A stretch of DNA of 64,000 nt from an uncultured Candidatus Saccharibacteria bacterium (GCA_964581535.1 CAZOOW010000005.1:8140-72139), one strand, 5' to 3'. Counted from the first letter of the stretch, positions 34,453 to 44,624 are shown. Program-made: numbers and translations. The notes: generated by a model not told the origin, from the sequence alone.

Positions 34453-36261
34453 GTGGCAAAAGACGACCCAACCTCGAGTCAGTGGAAACGGTTTGCGCGG
34501 CTAAAAACACCTAGCAGTAAGCAGGTGCGGAGCCGTGCCCGTCGCATAGAGAACCTGACTATTCGTCATGCACACCGGTTCATTATATCTCGCTGGGCAA
34601 ACCTCAAAGAAGTTCGACGGCATGCGATAGGCTGGCTGCTGCTGGCAAGTTTACTAGTGGTTGTGACGCTTCTACAGCTGATATGGATACGCTCGAACTA
34701 TGTGGCAAAACAGCCTGTGGAAGGTGGCATGTATGCCGAAGGGGTTGTCGGACGACTTGATACGCTAAATCCAATCTATGCGGCCACGCAATCTGAACGT
34801 TCTGCGAGCAACCTCTTGTTTTCATCACTGTTACGCTATGATGCTCAAAACAACCTTGAGTCTGATTTGGCCGAAACCTATACTCGTTCAGATGACGGCA
34901 AAGAATACACCGTGCACATGCGCAAGGACGCAAACTGGCACGACGGAAAGCGAGTTACGGCCGATGACGTTATGTTTACAATGAAGCTCATTAAGAATCC
35001 TGCCAGTCGGTCGTATATGTATCGGACGTGGCAAGACATAAAGGTTGAGGAGATTGACCGATATACTCTCAAGTTCGTTTTGAATAACCCATATGCGCCT
35101 TTCCCGCATGCATTAACATTTGGAATTTTGCCAAAGCATATATTGGAAACAACAGCGCCCGCCCGTATGCGAGAAAATACCTTTAATCGTCAACCTGTTG
35201 GCAGCGGTCCATTCGTTTTTAGAAATATTCAGAGCATAAACCCTGCAACCGACAGAGCGGTACTTTCGCTGGTTCGAAACGACAGTTATTACCGAGGACC
35301 CGTTAAGTTGGAACGGTTCCAGCTTCATACTTTTAAAACGCATGATGATCTTCGAAAAGGGTTCTTGAGTCAGGAGATAAATGCGGCAAATGATGTCACA
35401 GCACGTGATGTTATGGAGATAAAAAAAGATTCACCGAATGGCGTTACAGTATCATCCGCAAAGTTGAACAACGCGGCCTTCGCATTTTTGAGAATGGACA
35501 GCCCTATACTCCAAGACGCCGCGGTACGTAAGGCGCTCGTCAAGGCAACTAACCAGCGCGAGATCATAAAGAGTATCGGTGGTCTTGCGTCGCCTCTGTA
35601 TGGACCATTGCTCGCAGATCAGATCGGGGGTCGTGTAGATACATCCCAAGCTATGTTCGACAAGGCAGCCGCAGAAGCCGAACTTGATGCAGCAGGCTGG
35701 GTTCGTGGCCAGAATGGATCGCGCATGAAAGACGGACAACCATTAACGCTGATAATTGTCGCTCCGAAGCGAGGCGACTTTATAGAAGTTGCCGAGACAT
35801 TAGCAAAACAATGGCAGGCAGTCGGCGTGTCTGTAAACATACAAAAAGTCGATGCTGATACGCTTGAGCAGAATATCATAAAGCCGCGTGCTTATGACGT
35901 TCTTATATACGAACTCGCGCTTGGTGCGGATCCAGATGTTTTTGCGTATTGGCATTCGTCACAGGCAAGTGTGCGCGGGTATAATCTCTCGAACTATAAA
36001 TCATCAACGGTTGATGATGCGCTCATCGGGGCACGTGCAAGGATAGAGCCTGACCTACGGCAAGCAAAATACCTATCGTTTTATAAGCAATGGGTGGCCG
36101 ATGCCCCGGCCGTTGCACTCTACCAGCCGCATCTCCACTACATCATGACTGATGGAACGATGTCGATGGCTCGCGAGACGGCAGTTGTTGATGACTTGAA
36201 CCGATACCACCAGATAGAAACGTGGACCATTCAAAGCGACGAGCAGTTTAAAACACCTTAA
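34453..36261 (+). CDS. ABC-transporter substrate-binding protein, family 5 (peptide/nickel type), TM-anchored
   Basis: SBP_bac_5-like core (DGKEYTVHMRKDANWHDGKRVTADDVMFT). Long basic N-terminus plus a TM anchor. GTG start. Confidence 0.8.
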   Translation: MAKDDPTSSQWKRFARLKTPSSKQVRSRARRIENLTIRHAHRFIISRWANLKEVRRHAIGWLLLASLLVVVTLLQLIWIRSNYVAKQPVEGGMYAEGVVGRLDTLNPIYAATQSERSASNLLFSSLLRYDAQNNLESDLAETYTRSDDGKEYTVHMRKDANWHDGKRVTADDVMFTMKLIKNPASRSYMYRTWQDIKVEEIDRYTLKFVLNNPYAPFPHALTFGILPKHILETTAPARMRENTFNRQPVGSGPFVFRNIQSINPATDRAVLSLVRNDSYYRGPVKLERFQLHTFKTHDDLRKGFLSQEINAANDVTARDVMEIKKDSPNGVTVSSAKLNNAAFAFLRMDSPILQDAAVRKALVKATNQREIIKSIGGLASPLYGPLLADQIGGRVDTSQAMFDKAAAEAELDAAGWVRGQNGSRMKDGQPLTLIIVAPKRGDFIEVAETLAKQWQAVGVSVNIQKVDADTLEQNIIKPRAYDVLIYELALGADPDVFAYWHSSQASVRGYNLSNYKSSTVDDALIGARARIEPDLRQAKYLSFYKQWVADAPAVALYQPHLHYIMTDGTMSMARETAVVDDLNRYHQIETWTIQSDEQFKTP

Positions 36262-36303
36262 TTTTTACAATAAAAAACCAGTCACAAGGACTGATTTGTA
36301 TAT

Positions 36304-36391
36304 TGGTGCAGTGAAGAGGACTTGAACCTCCACGAGCGCAATGCTCACTAGCCCCTCAAGCTAGCGCGTCTACCAATTCCGCCACCACTGC
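36304..36391 (-). tRNA. tRNA-Leu(GAG)
   Basis: Type II cloverleaf by hand: acceptor GCAGTGG/TCACTGC, anticodon loop TTGAGGG, long variable arm, T-loop TTCAAGT, encoded CCA. Confidence 0.9.
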
Positions 36392-36600
36392 ATAATGTTT
36401 GGGCGTGCTTTTAATGAAAAGTGCAAATGATTATCGTGGTTCGATGTGTGCGTCGACGGATATCAACGTTTCAGCCACCCGCTACCACGTAACGATAAAA
36501 GTACTGAGGTATTGTACTGGAAATGAAATATTTTCTCAAGAGATAGCAGAGTAAACGCGCTCATGCTATCATAGGACTCAGAAATGCGGGGGAAAACTAA

Positions 36601-38244
36601 ATGAACAAAGTCGCGAGCTATCTGCAAGAACATGTTGCCGGCGAGGTTTTTGATAGCGAAAGAATCCGTTCACAGTTTGCGACGGATGCGAGTGTCTTGA
36701 CTATAAAACCAAGTCTCGTCGTCTACCCGCGGACGACAAATGATGTCCGAAAAGTTGCCCGTTTTACATGGCAGCTGGCTGAAAAAGGCCATGTTTTGCC
36801 AGTCACTGCTCGTGGCAATGGAACTGATCTCAGTGGTGCGGCCATAGGCAAGGGCATCATTTTGTCATTTCCGGCGCATTTGAACCGAATCCTCGAACTC
36901 GACACGAAGCAGAAACTTGTACGTGTACAACCAGGGGTAAATTTTAAATCACTGCAAGAAACACTGCATACTCATGGTCTTTTTTTGCCACCATATCCGG
37001 CGTCATATGAATACTCAACTATCGGCGGGGCGATTGCTAATAATTCTGCCGGTATAAAATCTCACAAGTACGGAGATATGAGAAAGTGGGTCGATCGTTT
37101 AGAAGTAGTGCTCGCAAATGGCGAAATTATCCAGACTGGTCGTATCAGTAAACGCGAGTTAAGCCGCAAATGCGGACTGGCAACCCTAGAGGGAGAGCTC
37201 TACCGTGCGGTAGACGCGATACTAAAAGATGACATGGCGGCTTTTGATCAGTACAAGAACTCACTAAAAATATCGAAAGACGGAATAGGTTATGCGCTTG
37301 AATATATTGAGGGTAAAGGCGGTAGTGTTGACTTAACACCTCTGTTTGTTGGTTCGCAGGGAACGCTAGGGATTATCACCGAAGCTATTATCAGAGTCGC
37401 CAGCTACACGCCTGCATCCGCTCTCATGATGGCTGCATTTGGCTCTATTGATGATGCCCTGGAAGCTGCCGGAAAGTTAGAACGTTTAAAACCAAGCGTA
37501 CTACAGGTAATGGATGGCGAGGTACTAAAATTTGTTCAGAAGCATAACAATATTGCCATTCCTGCTGATCTTGCCGTCGGGGGTGCGATGCCGTCAGCGA
37601 TTCTCGTTGCCGAATGCGATGATGTATCTTCTCGGGTACGCTCTAAATTCGTAAAACATGCTGAAAAACAAATCAGCACAATTTCAGAGTCATATATTGT
37701 CACCGAAGACTTCGATGATCTAGAGAAATTATGGTCACTCAGATATGCCACATCGATGTTTATGAGTTATGACACCGGTGGTATATCGGCGGTGCCGGCT
37801 ATTGAGGACGTCGCTGTTCCGGCTGCAGCACTTCACCAGTTTATGATTGAGGCGAAGGCATTATGTAAAAAACATCATTTTGAAGCCGCACTTTGGGCAG
37901 ATACTATCAGTAATAACGTGCATGTTCTGCCGCTCGTGGATCTCGGAAAGGTCGGTGATCGTCAAGGACTTTTCAAACTGATGGATGAATACTACAAAGT
38001 CGTTATCAAGCTCGGCGGGTCTATCGTATCTGAGCATAGCGACGGAAGGCTGCGTGCCACGTATGCCCGTCTTCAGGCGGGTGATGATGTAGTTGGACTA
38101 TTTGAGCAACTGAAAAAAGCGGCTGACCCATACGGGACACTTAATCCCGGCGTGAAAGTAGGAACAGAGATAAAAGATCTGGTCCCTCTGCTTCGGAAAA
38201 AATATAGTTTTGTACATCTCGCAGACTTTTTACCGAAGATGTAA
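36601..38244 (+). CDS. FAD-binding oxidoreductase (GlcD / D-lactate dehydrogenase family)
   Basis: FAD_binding_4 motifs (VTARGNGTDLSGAA, GGAIANNSAGIKSHKYG) and a C-terminal FAD-oxidase domain (GGSIVSEHSDG). Confidence 0.85.
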   Translation: MNKVASYLQEHVAGEVFDSERIRSQFATDASVLTIKPSLVVYPRTTNDVRKVARFTWQLAEKGHVLPVTARGNGTDLSGAAIGKGIILSFPAHLNRILELDTKQKLVRVQPGVNFKSLQETLHTHGLFLPPYPASYEYSTIGGAIANNSAGIKSHKYGDMRKWVDRLEVVLANGEIIQTGRISKRELSRKCGLATLEGELYRAVDAILKDDMAAFDQYKNSLKISKDGIGYALEYIEGKGGSVDLTPLFVGSQGTLGIITEAIIRVASYTPASALMMAAFGSIDDALEAAGKLERLKPSVLQVMDGEVLKFVQKHNNIAIPADLAVGGAMPSAILVAECDDVSSRVRSKFVKHAEKQISTISESYIVTEDFDDLEKLWSLRYATSMFMSYDTGGISAVPAIEDVAVPAAALHQFMIEAKALCKKHHFEAALWADTISNNVHVLPLVDLGKVGDRQGLFKLMDEYYKVVIKLGGSIVSEHSDGRLRATYARLQAGDDVVGLFEQLKKAADPYGTLNPGVKVGTEIKDLVPLLRKKYSFVHLADFLPKM

Positions 38245-38280
38245 TTGTTGAAGCCACGGTAATGTATAATAGTCTCGCAT

Positions 38281-38367
38281 GCGGATGTGGCGGAATTGGT
38301 AGACGCGCTAGCTTCAGGTGCTAGTGTCAGCAATGACGTGGAGGTTCAAGTCCTCTCATCCGCACCA
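38281..38367 (+). tRNA. tRNA-Leu(CAG)
   Basis: Acceptor GCGGATG/CATCCGC, anticodon loop TTCAGGT, long variable arm, T-loop TTCAAGT, encoded CCA. Confidence 0.92.
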
Positions 38368-38383
38368 AATTAGAATAACAAAC

Positions 38384-38412
38384 ATTCGGCGGGTCGATAC
38401 GACCCGCCGAAT
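38384..38412. terminator. bidirectional terminator hairpin
   Basis: Perfect 13-bp stem ATTCGGCGGGTCG / CGACCCGCCGAAT with a 3-nt loop, between tRNA-Leu(CAG) and the convergent anti-sigma-like gene. Confidence 0.65.
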
Positions 38413-38448
38413 ACTCATGTGAATGCAAGAGATTATTTACTACGTTAT

Positions 38449-39336
38449 CTATTTGTCGAACTCGTAGGCACGACAGAAATTTCCATCACCACATGGGTCG
38501 GTTCGCACAAAGTCTTTGCCGAGGTGTTTATAGAAGGTGCTAGAGTCTCCGGTGTATTTAGGAGTTTTTACAATCGCACGCAACACAATCTGCTCCGGGT
38601 TGCTCATGTGATCTGAGACTTGTAAATCTCTCTCAGCTGGTAAGGCATGGTGGTCTTCTGCGATGAGAGCAACTGTATCACCTACCGCGATCGTATTCAG
38701 TGTCGAACTGTTTTGTCTGTCATATACTTTGACAGCTTTCCCGATAGCGTAGGTTGTTGCCTCCTGTCCGCTCGAAGGCTGCGTCACAACAATGCTTTTG
38801 TCGTCTACAGACTGCACTATGTACCCGATGCCGCGCAGAGGATTATCGACGTCGTCGAGTGACTTGATGATGCTACTCACGACTGCATCTACCTGATTAT
38901 CCTCACAGATACCTTGCATCATAGCAATTGCCTGCTGATTTGATAATGTGGAGTCTTTTTTCACCTCGTAATAGATAGCTTCCTGGCCGCCCTGGGGTTT
39001 ACTCCCAAAGTAGTTACAGTTTTCGGCACTCAAGGCTAGAACACGATTGCCATTCGGCAAAGTTTTGGCATCACCAAGGTGCACATTGGCTGGCAACCAG
39101 GCATAAAGCGCATAGGCAGTACCCGATAGAGCGATTACCGCAAAGGCCGCTATGGCTGTAGCGGTAGGTTTTGGTAGTGTTTTCATAGGTATCATCTCCT
39201 TAAACATTGCCCAACGACTCTGTGGTCGCGGACGCCGTTCGATTTCGCTAATAATTTTTTGTGTAAAGTTTGAGCTGAGCTGACGAGCAGGTTTTGGCCC
39301 GCTATAATCTGCAAGCATTTTATCGATCTTTTTCAT
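38449..39336 (-). CDS. putative anti-sigma factor / single-pass membrane protein
   Basis: The start ATGA overlaps the ECF sigma stop. Short cytoplasmic N-terminus, one TM segment (ATAIAAFAVIALSGTAYALYAW) and a roughly 220-aa external domain. No zinc-finger motif. Confidence 0.5.
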   Translation of the reverse strand: MKKIDKMLADYSGPKPARQLSSNFTQKIISEIERRPRPQSRWAMFKEMIPMKTLPKPTATAIAAFAVIALSGTAYALYAWLPANVHLGDAKTLPNGNRVLALSAENCNYFGSKPQGGQEAIYYEVKKDSTLSNQQAIAMMQGICEDNQVDAVVSSIIKSLDDVDNPLRGIGYIVQSVDDKSIVVTQPSSGQEATTYAIGKAVKVYDRQNSSTLNTIAVGDTVALIAEDHHALPAERDLQVSDHMSNPEQIVLRAIVKTPKYTGDSSTFYKHLGKDFVRTDPCGDGNFCRAYEFDK

Positions 39337-39857
39337 AATAATCCTTTCTTTAGCTCGGCTTTGGCACGATACATCCATCCTTTGATCGAACCCTCGGGAG
39401 TGTTCAACGTAGCTGCGATATCGCTATACGTTAAGCCCTGCCAATAATACAGGCTGATAATAGCCCGGTATTTTGGCTGCAATTTATCTACTGCGGCATG
39501 TAGCTCCGTCATTTCGGCTGACTGGGCCGGATTTGGCTGAGTTCTCGCAATTCTTGCGATCAACTCATCATCAACTGCCACTTCACGAGCTGTTTTCTTG
39601 AGCCAATTCAAAGCTTTGTTTGTAGCTAGTTTGAACAGCCAAGTACTAAATTTGTAAGCCGGATTATACTGAGAGAGCTTGTAATAAGCAGTGATAAAAC
39701 TGTCTTGTGTGATATCCTCAGCGACATCCTCGTCCCTTACGATTGCAAAGCTATGACTATACAATGCATCTTTATAACGATTGACCAACTCGGCATATGC
39801 CTGATGATTTTCGTTTAAACTTTGGCTAATAAGCCAGTGTTCGTCCTTTTTTTGCAT
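39333..39857 (-). CDS. ECF-type RNA polymerase sigma-70 factor
   Basis: Region 2 (AEDITQDSFITAY, FSTWLFKLATN) and region 4 (LTYSDIAATLNTPEGSIKGWMYRAK). Confidence 0.88.
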   Translation of the reverse strand: MQKKDEHWLISQSLNENHQAYAELVNRYKDALYSHSFAIVRDEDVAEDITQDSFITAYYKLSQYNPAYKFSTWLFKLATNKALNWLKKTAREVAVDDELIARIARTQPNPAQSAEMTELHAAVDKLQPKYRAIISLYYWQGLTYSDIAATLNTPEGSIKGWMYRAKAELKKGLL

Positions 39858-39997
39858 ACTCTATATACAGTACAGCACCAAAAAAAGTTACAAAATATTA
39901 AAAAGTGGAGTATTCTTACATGCCTATAACCGAATGATGGTGCTAAAATCAAATTGATTGAGTATGTAATCTCCCCGTATGATACACTATATCGCAC

Positions 39998-40074
39998 GGG
40001 CGCTTAGCTCAGTTGGCTAGAGCATCTCGTTTACACCGAGGGGGTCGGGGGTTCGAGCCCCTCAGCGCCCACCA
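39998..40074 (+). tRNA. tRNA-Val(TAC)
   Basis: Acceptor GGGCGCT/AGCGCCC, anticodon loop TTTACAC, T-loop TTCGAGC, encoded CCA. Confidence 0.92.
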
Positions 40075-40080
40075 TAAAAA

Positions 40081-40113
40081 ATAGCTCAGATAGAAATGCC
40101 TGAGCTATTTTTT
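40081..40113 (+). terminator. intrinsic terminator after tRNA-Val
   Basis: ATAGCTCAG / CTGAGCTAT stem followed by TTTTT. Confidence 0.7.
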
Positions 40114-40203
40114 ATGGTTATGTAACAAAAATCACATACGCAGCCGCTGTTCACGGATACTATATACGAACAATAAACTAACCTGATAAAGGGGATTTAT
40201 AAA

Positions 40204-40500
40204 ATGGCTCGATATGAAGATGACGGTGTAGTACGAGAAACACGAGTGGTAAACGGTGGAAGCGCTGGTGCTGGAACGACATTGCTGACATGGCTGGCTC
40301 TCGGTGTAGCAACGATTGCTCTTATTCTAGCGTGGGTTGCCTATGATCGTACTGGCGGTGCGCTAGACGATAGGATTCGTGAAGCAACCAACAACACTGT
40401 TCAAACGACTAAGGACGCGACTAAAAATGCGGCTGATGCTATCGACCGCGGTCCTGATGGCGTTGACAATGATGATACGGACACTGGAACTGGCCAATAG
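40204..40500 (+). CDS. small hypothetical membrane protein
   Basis: 98-aa ORF with an SD (AAGGGGA) upstream, one TM segment (LLTWLALGVATIALILAWVAY) and an acidic tail. Confidence 0.5.
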   Translation: MARYEDDGVVRETRVVNGGSAGAGTTLLTWLALGVATIALILAWVAYDRTGGALDDRIREATNNTVQTTKDATKNAADAIDRGPDGVDNDDTDTGTGQ

Positions 40501-40617
40501 TACTTTCATAAAATCGTCACAAAAGTAATCTCGATATTACATTTCATACCCCGGTAAAGCTCGCCGGGGTATGTTATAATTTGTCATAAGGAGAGGCCGA
40601 GTATTGGCCTTTATTTT

Positions 40618-42441
40618 ATGACTGACGCAAAAAATATTAGAAATATAGCTATCATCGCGCACGTTGACCATGGTAAAACGACGCTTGTTGATGGACTCTT
40701 AAAACAATCAAATACCTTCCGTGATAATCAGGCAGAGATGAGTCAAGAGCTTATCATGGACAGCGGCGACCAGGAGCGAGAGCGAGGCATTACCATAACT
40801 GCTAAGCAAACAACTATTTATTGGGACGATTTAAAAATAAATATCATCGACACGCCTGGGCACGCAGATTTTTCTGGAGAGGTTGAACGAACGCTCAATA
40901 TGGCGGACGGAGTGCTTCTCGTTGTCGATGCCCAGGAAGGACCGATGCCACAAACGAAATTCGTACTCAGTAAAGCGCTCGAGCTAGGGCTAAAGCCGGT
41001 TGTGGTTATTAATAAAATTGACAAACCAGCACGTCGTATTGACGAGGTAGAAGACGAACTAGCGGACTTGTTTTTAGAACTCGCGACCGATGAGTCTCAG
41101 CTTCACTATCCGATCTATTATGCTATTGCTCGCGAGGCTAAGGCATGGGTGACAATGCCTGAAAGCGTCGAAGAAAAAAGTGATCTCTCGCCAATTTTCG
41201 AAGCAGTCCGGAGCCAAATCCCATCGCCGGAAGTTGAAAGCACTCAACCACTACAGTTGCTTGTGGCAGCACTCCAGTACGATAACTTCCTTGGAAAATA
41301 TGCTATTGGACGCGTACATCGAGGGAGTGTTAAAAAAGGCGCTGCAGTTGTATTGATAAAGACGGACGGATCTACTGTTGGCGCGAAGATTGACAAGGTG
41401 TTTGTGAGCCGCGGTCTTGGTCGTGAGGAAGTTGTAGAAGCATCAGCCGGAGACATTGTCGCACTGACTGGTATATCCGAGGCGCATATCGGGGAGACTA
41501 TCGCTGACAAAGAAACTCCGGAGCAGCTGCCTGTCATCGAGATAGAGGCGCCGACTATCAGTATGTATCTTGGCCCGAACACCAGCCCGATGAAAGGTCG
41601 CGAAGCCGAGTTTAATACTTCACGGCAGATCGGAGACAGGCTGCAGCAGGAACTTGAAACGAACGTCGCGCTTCGTGTGCGAGATGAAGGAATCGGATTT
41701 GTGATTTCCGGACGCGGCGAACTTCATCTCAGTGTCCTTATAGAGGCGATGAGACGCGAGGGGTTTGAGTTTGAGGTGGGTCGCCCACAGGTCGTCACGA
41801 TTGTTGAGAATGGAGTCGAGAAAGAGCCCGTTGAAGAGTTATACATCGAAGTAGATCCTCAGTTCGTCGGTGTCGTTTCTCAAGAAATGGGTACTCGACG
41901 TGCAGAACTTGTTAAACAAGACCAAACAAGCAGCGGACAGAGTCGGTTGGAATATATAATAACGACGAGGGCGCTCATCGGTCTACGAAATACTCTTCTC
42001 ACTGATACGAAGGGGACTATTATCATGCATAGTTTGCCTCATGGGTATCAGCCAGTCGGCCCGAAACTCAACGGTACCCGTAACGGAGTGCTCATAGCCT
42101 ACGAGGCTGGTACGACGACACCATATGCCTTGCAGGCCGCCGAAGCTCGAGGCGAGCTGTTTGTGGGTGCAGGTACGGAAGTATATGCCGGAATGGTTGT
42201 GGGGTTGTATAACCGCCAGGAAGATCTAGAAATAAACGTCTGCAAAGCCAAACAACTGACGAATATGCGCTCAAAAAGTAGCGACGGTACCGTACAGCTG
42301 ACACCACACACGCAGCTTAGCCTAGAGCAGTGCATCGACTTTCTCAATGATGACGAATTGCTCGAAGTGACCCCAAAATCACTTCGCCTGCGCAAGCGAT
42401 ACCTCGATTCCAACGAACGCAAGCGCCACGCGAAGAACTAG
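40618..42441 (+). CDS. typA: translational GTPase TypA/BipA
   Basis: [30 protein letters not shown], and a BipA C-terminal domain. Confidence 0.93.
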   Translation: MTDAKNIRNIAIIAHVDHGKTTLVDGLLKQSNTFRDNQAEMSQELIMDSGDQERERGITITAKQTTIYWDDLKINIIDTPGHADFSGEVERTLNMADGVLLVVDAQEGPMPQTKFVLSKALELGLKPVVVINKIDKPARRIDEVEDELADLFLELATDESQLHYPIYYAIAREAKAWVTMPESVEEKSDLSPIFEAVRSQIPSPEVESTQPLQLLVAALQYDNFLGKYAIGRVHRGSVKKGAAVVLIKTDGSTVGAKIDKVFVSRGLGREEVVEASAGDIVALTGISEAHIGETIADKETPEQLPVIEIEAPTISMYLGPNTSPMKGREAEFNTSRQIGDRLQQELETNVALRVRDEGIGFVISGRGELHLSVLIEAMRREGFEFEVGRPQVVTIVENGVEKEPVEELYIEVDPQFVGVVSQEMGTRRAELVKQDQTSSGQSRLEYIITTRALIGLRNTLLTDTKGTIIMHSLPHGYQPVGPKLNGTRNGVLIAYEAGTTTPYALQAAEARGELFVGAGTEVYAGMVVGLYNRQEDLEINVCKAKQLTNMRSKSSDGTVQLTPHTQLSLEQCIDFLNDDELLEVTPKSLRLRKRYLDSNERKRHAKN

Positions 42442-43145
42442 AACAATACTTCCTGAACTGAATGGGCTGGTTCGAATACTTCTTCGAATTTCCTCGCAAG
42501 CCCGTTGCGTGCGATATGAATCGAGGTGAAATAAAACTCGGGAAACATTTTTTCAAACCGGCTACGAAGAGAGTTTTCGGCTAATACTAAGTCCTGGCGG
42601 GTGAATGTGTAGTAGTCCTCATGCATAACTTTGCTGCCCGGCCCCAAGATATCTACAGCTACCGGTAAGAGTTTGTCGATAAATCTCACGAAACGCGCCT
42701 CAGGAAGCTGCTGCTCTTCGTAAACACGAAGCAAAAGAGTTGTTGTCGGTGGTAACTCGCTACATACTGCTTCAAGGACTCTCTTCTCATTGCTGCACTT
42801 GTCCTGTAGATCCCCGTCTGTGATTGCGAAGGTAGCCACGTCACCAGTATGCAGCTCCAGTAGGTCGTGCACGAGGGCAAAGCGCGCCACTAAGCCTGAA
42901 TCCAGATCAGGGAAATAGGAAACTGCGATCTCTTGTGCAACAAGGCCGAGCATAAAACTATGTTCAGCATCATTCTCACGTGACTCAGGCGTGTAGCGAG
43001 GCACCCGCTCTACGTAAGAGAACCGCATTGCAGTATCCGCAAGTGCCAAAACATCTCTCGTAATACCTGTCGCAGTTTCGTGATGCTCGCTATGGTTATA
43101 ATTTTGCTCAAATCTAATACTAGGCGCACTAATTTGTTCGCTCAT
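42438..43145 (-). CDS. HD-domain phosphohydrolase (YfbR-like 5'-nucleotidase family)
   Basis: ENDAEHSF and VHDLLELHTGDV HD motifs. Its stop shares CTAG with the typA stop. Confidence 0.75.
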   Translation of the reverse strand: MSEQISAPSIRFEQNYNHSEHHETATGITRDVLALADTAMRFSYVERVPRYTPESRENDAEHSFMLGLVAQEIAVSYFPDLDSGLVARFALVHDLLELHTGDVATFAITDGDLQDKCSNEKRVLEAVCSELPPTTTLLLRVYEEQQLPEARFVRFIDKLLPVAVDILGPGSKVMHEDYYTFTRQDLVLAENSLRSRFEKMFPEFYFTSIHIARNGLARKFEEVFEPAHSVQEVLF

Positions 43146-43252
43146 ATGTATCGCCTTCCTGTGCGATTAACTGATTACATATGCAGTATATTTTGCTGGT
43201 TTAAGAAAATATAGAAAGTTCATTTTGACTCAAAACGATTTATACTTATGAC

Positions 43253-43927
43253 ATGAAGGTTCGAGGAGATATGCATTTCATTCGCAAGCATATACTGCGA
43301 GTGTTAACGATGCATAAATGGGCACGGTTCAGAGACATGAAACCGTCGAATGTCGATAGTAACTTGTATAACTACCACCTAAAAGAATTGATTCGCGATG
43401 ATTTGGTCGAGCGGGTTGATACAAAAGGCTACCGTTTGACGCCAATGGGGCTCCGGTATGTTGACCATGTCAGCTTGGAGAGTTTCGAACCGCGCTGGCA
43501 ACCAAAACTACTGACGAAAATACTGGTCACTAATGATGAGGGCAAGATTCTCGTATGGCCGAAATACAAACAACCATTTATCAATACATGGTCGCTACCA
43601 TCGGGCAAGATGCATTATGATGACGAGACGCTGGAACTGGCCGCGCGTCGCGAAATATCGTATTTTACCAACAATATAACGTACAAAATGGTGGAAAGAG
43701 GAACTGTCGAGGTCACGGTGTACATCGAGGGTGAGATGGTTACGCATGCCATCGAGCATTTATTCAGTATGAAGTTAGCAAGCACCCACATTAATCATGC
43801 GAAAGCAGAATGGAAGTATCTGCAGGAGCTGGAGCGCTTGAAATGCTCGCCAGGAACAAAAGAAATACTAGAAATACTATATGGTGATGAGCCGTATGTA
43901 CACACCTCGATGCGTATCGACTGGTAG
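43253..43927 (+). CDS. winged-helix plus degenerate Nudix-like domain protein (putative regulator)
   Basis: N-terminal wHTH-like segment (LYNYHLKELIRDDLVERV). The C-terminal half has a Nudix-box-like SGKMHYDDETLELAARREISYF with substitutions. Confidence 0.45.
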   Translation: MKVRGDMHFIRKHILRVLTMHKWARFRDMKPSNVDSNLYNYHLKELIRDDLVERVDTKGYRLTPMGLRYVDHVSLESFEPRWQPKLLTKILVTNDEGKILVWPKYKQPFINTWSLPSGKMHYDDETLELAARREISYFTNNITYKMVERGTVEVTVYIEGEMVTHAIEHLFSMKLASTHINHAKAEWKYLQELERLKCSPGTKEILEILYGDEPYVHTSMRIDW

Positions 43928-43928
43928 T

Positions 43929-44624
43929 TTAGTTTACCGGGAGAGTTTGCTTAGGACACTCCGTTAATATCCGTGCCATTGCGTCGTGCTCACTGGCGGT
44001 AATCCAGAGCGTATATTTAGTTTTGACAGCTATTTGACGCGCGACATAGCTGCATCGGAATGCTTTGTTCGGCGGCAGCCACGTCGCTGCGTCGCCGTCG
44101 CCTTTGTCCTGATTAGACTGACCGTTGACTGCTAGCAGGTTCAGCGGGTCGTTAGCAAATGCATGCCGCTGCTCATGCGCTAGCTGTTGAGCACCTTTTT
44201 GCCAAGCATCACTAAGAGAAACGACATGATCGATTTGAATGTCATCGCTGGTGTCCAAACCGCGAACGAAATCCATAGTTGTTCCGGTATAGGGGTCAAA
44301 CAAGGTGCCCGTAGCGACCTTGCAGGTTGGCATTACAAATGTCTCGTTGGCGAGGTCACGCGAGAGAATGAAATTCCTCATGTCGCAGTTGTCGATCCGA
44401 TCCCAGCCGTCACTAAACTGGGCTCGCGTATACCCAGTTTTTGCGGCGCGGCCTTTTATCGGGAGCTTCGTTAATGCGTTCGCTGCAGGGGAATCGGTCC
44501 TAATGGTGACTACTGGTACATCGTCGTTTTCTTTGGCCTGTATGTCGATGGTTTTAAGACTTCCGATGACCGTAATAGCCAGTACGATGAGAAAACGAAT
44601 AACTCCGTAGAGATGCCGGTTCAT
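43929..44624 (-). CDS. exported HNH / DUF1524-family nuclease
   Basis: N-terminal TM/signal segment. DIQIDHVVSLSDAW..NDPLNLLAVNGQSNQDKGDGDAATWLP matches the DUF1524 His-Me finger pattern. Confidence 0.7.
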   Translation of the reverse strand: MNRHLYGVIRFLIVLAITVIGSLKTIDIQAKENDDVPVVTIRTDSPAANALTKLPIKGRAAKTGYTRAQFSDGWDRIDNCDMRNFILSRDLANETFVMPTCKVATGTLFDPYTGTTMDFVRGLDTSDDIQIDHVVSLSDAWQKGAQQLAHEQRHAFANDPLNLLAVNGQSNQDKGDGDAATWLPPNKAFRCSYVARQIAVKTKYTLWITASEHDAMARILTECPKQTLPVN

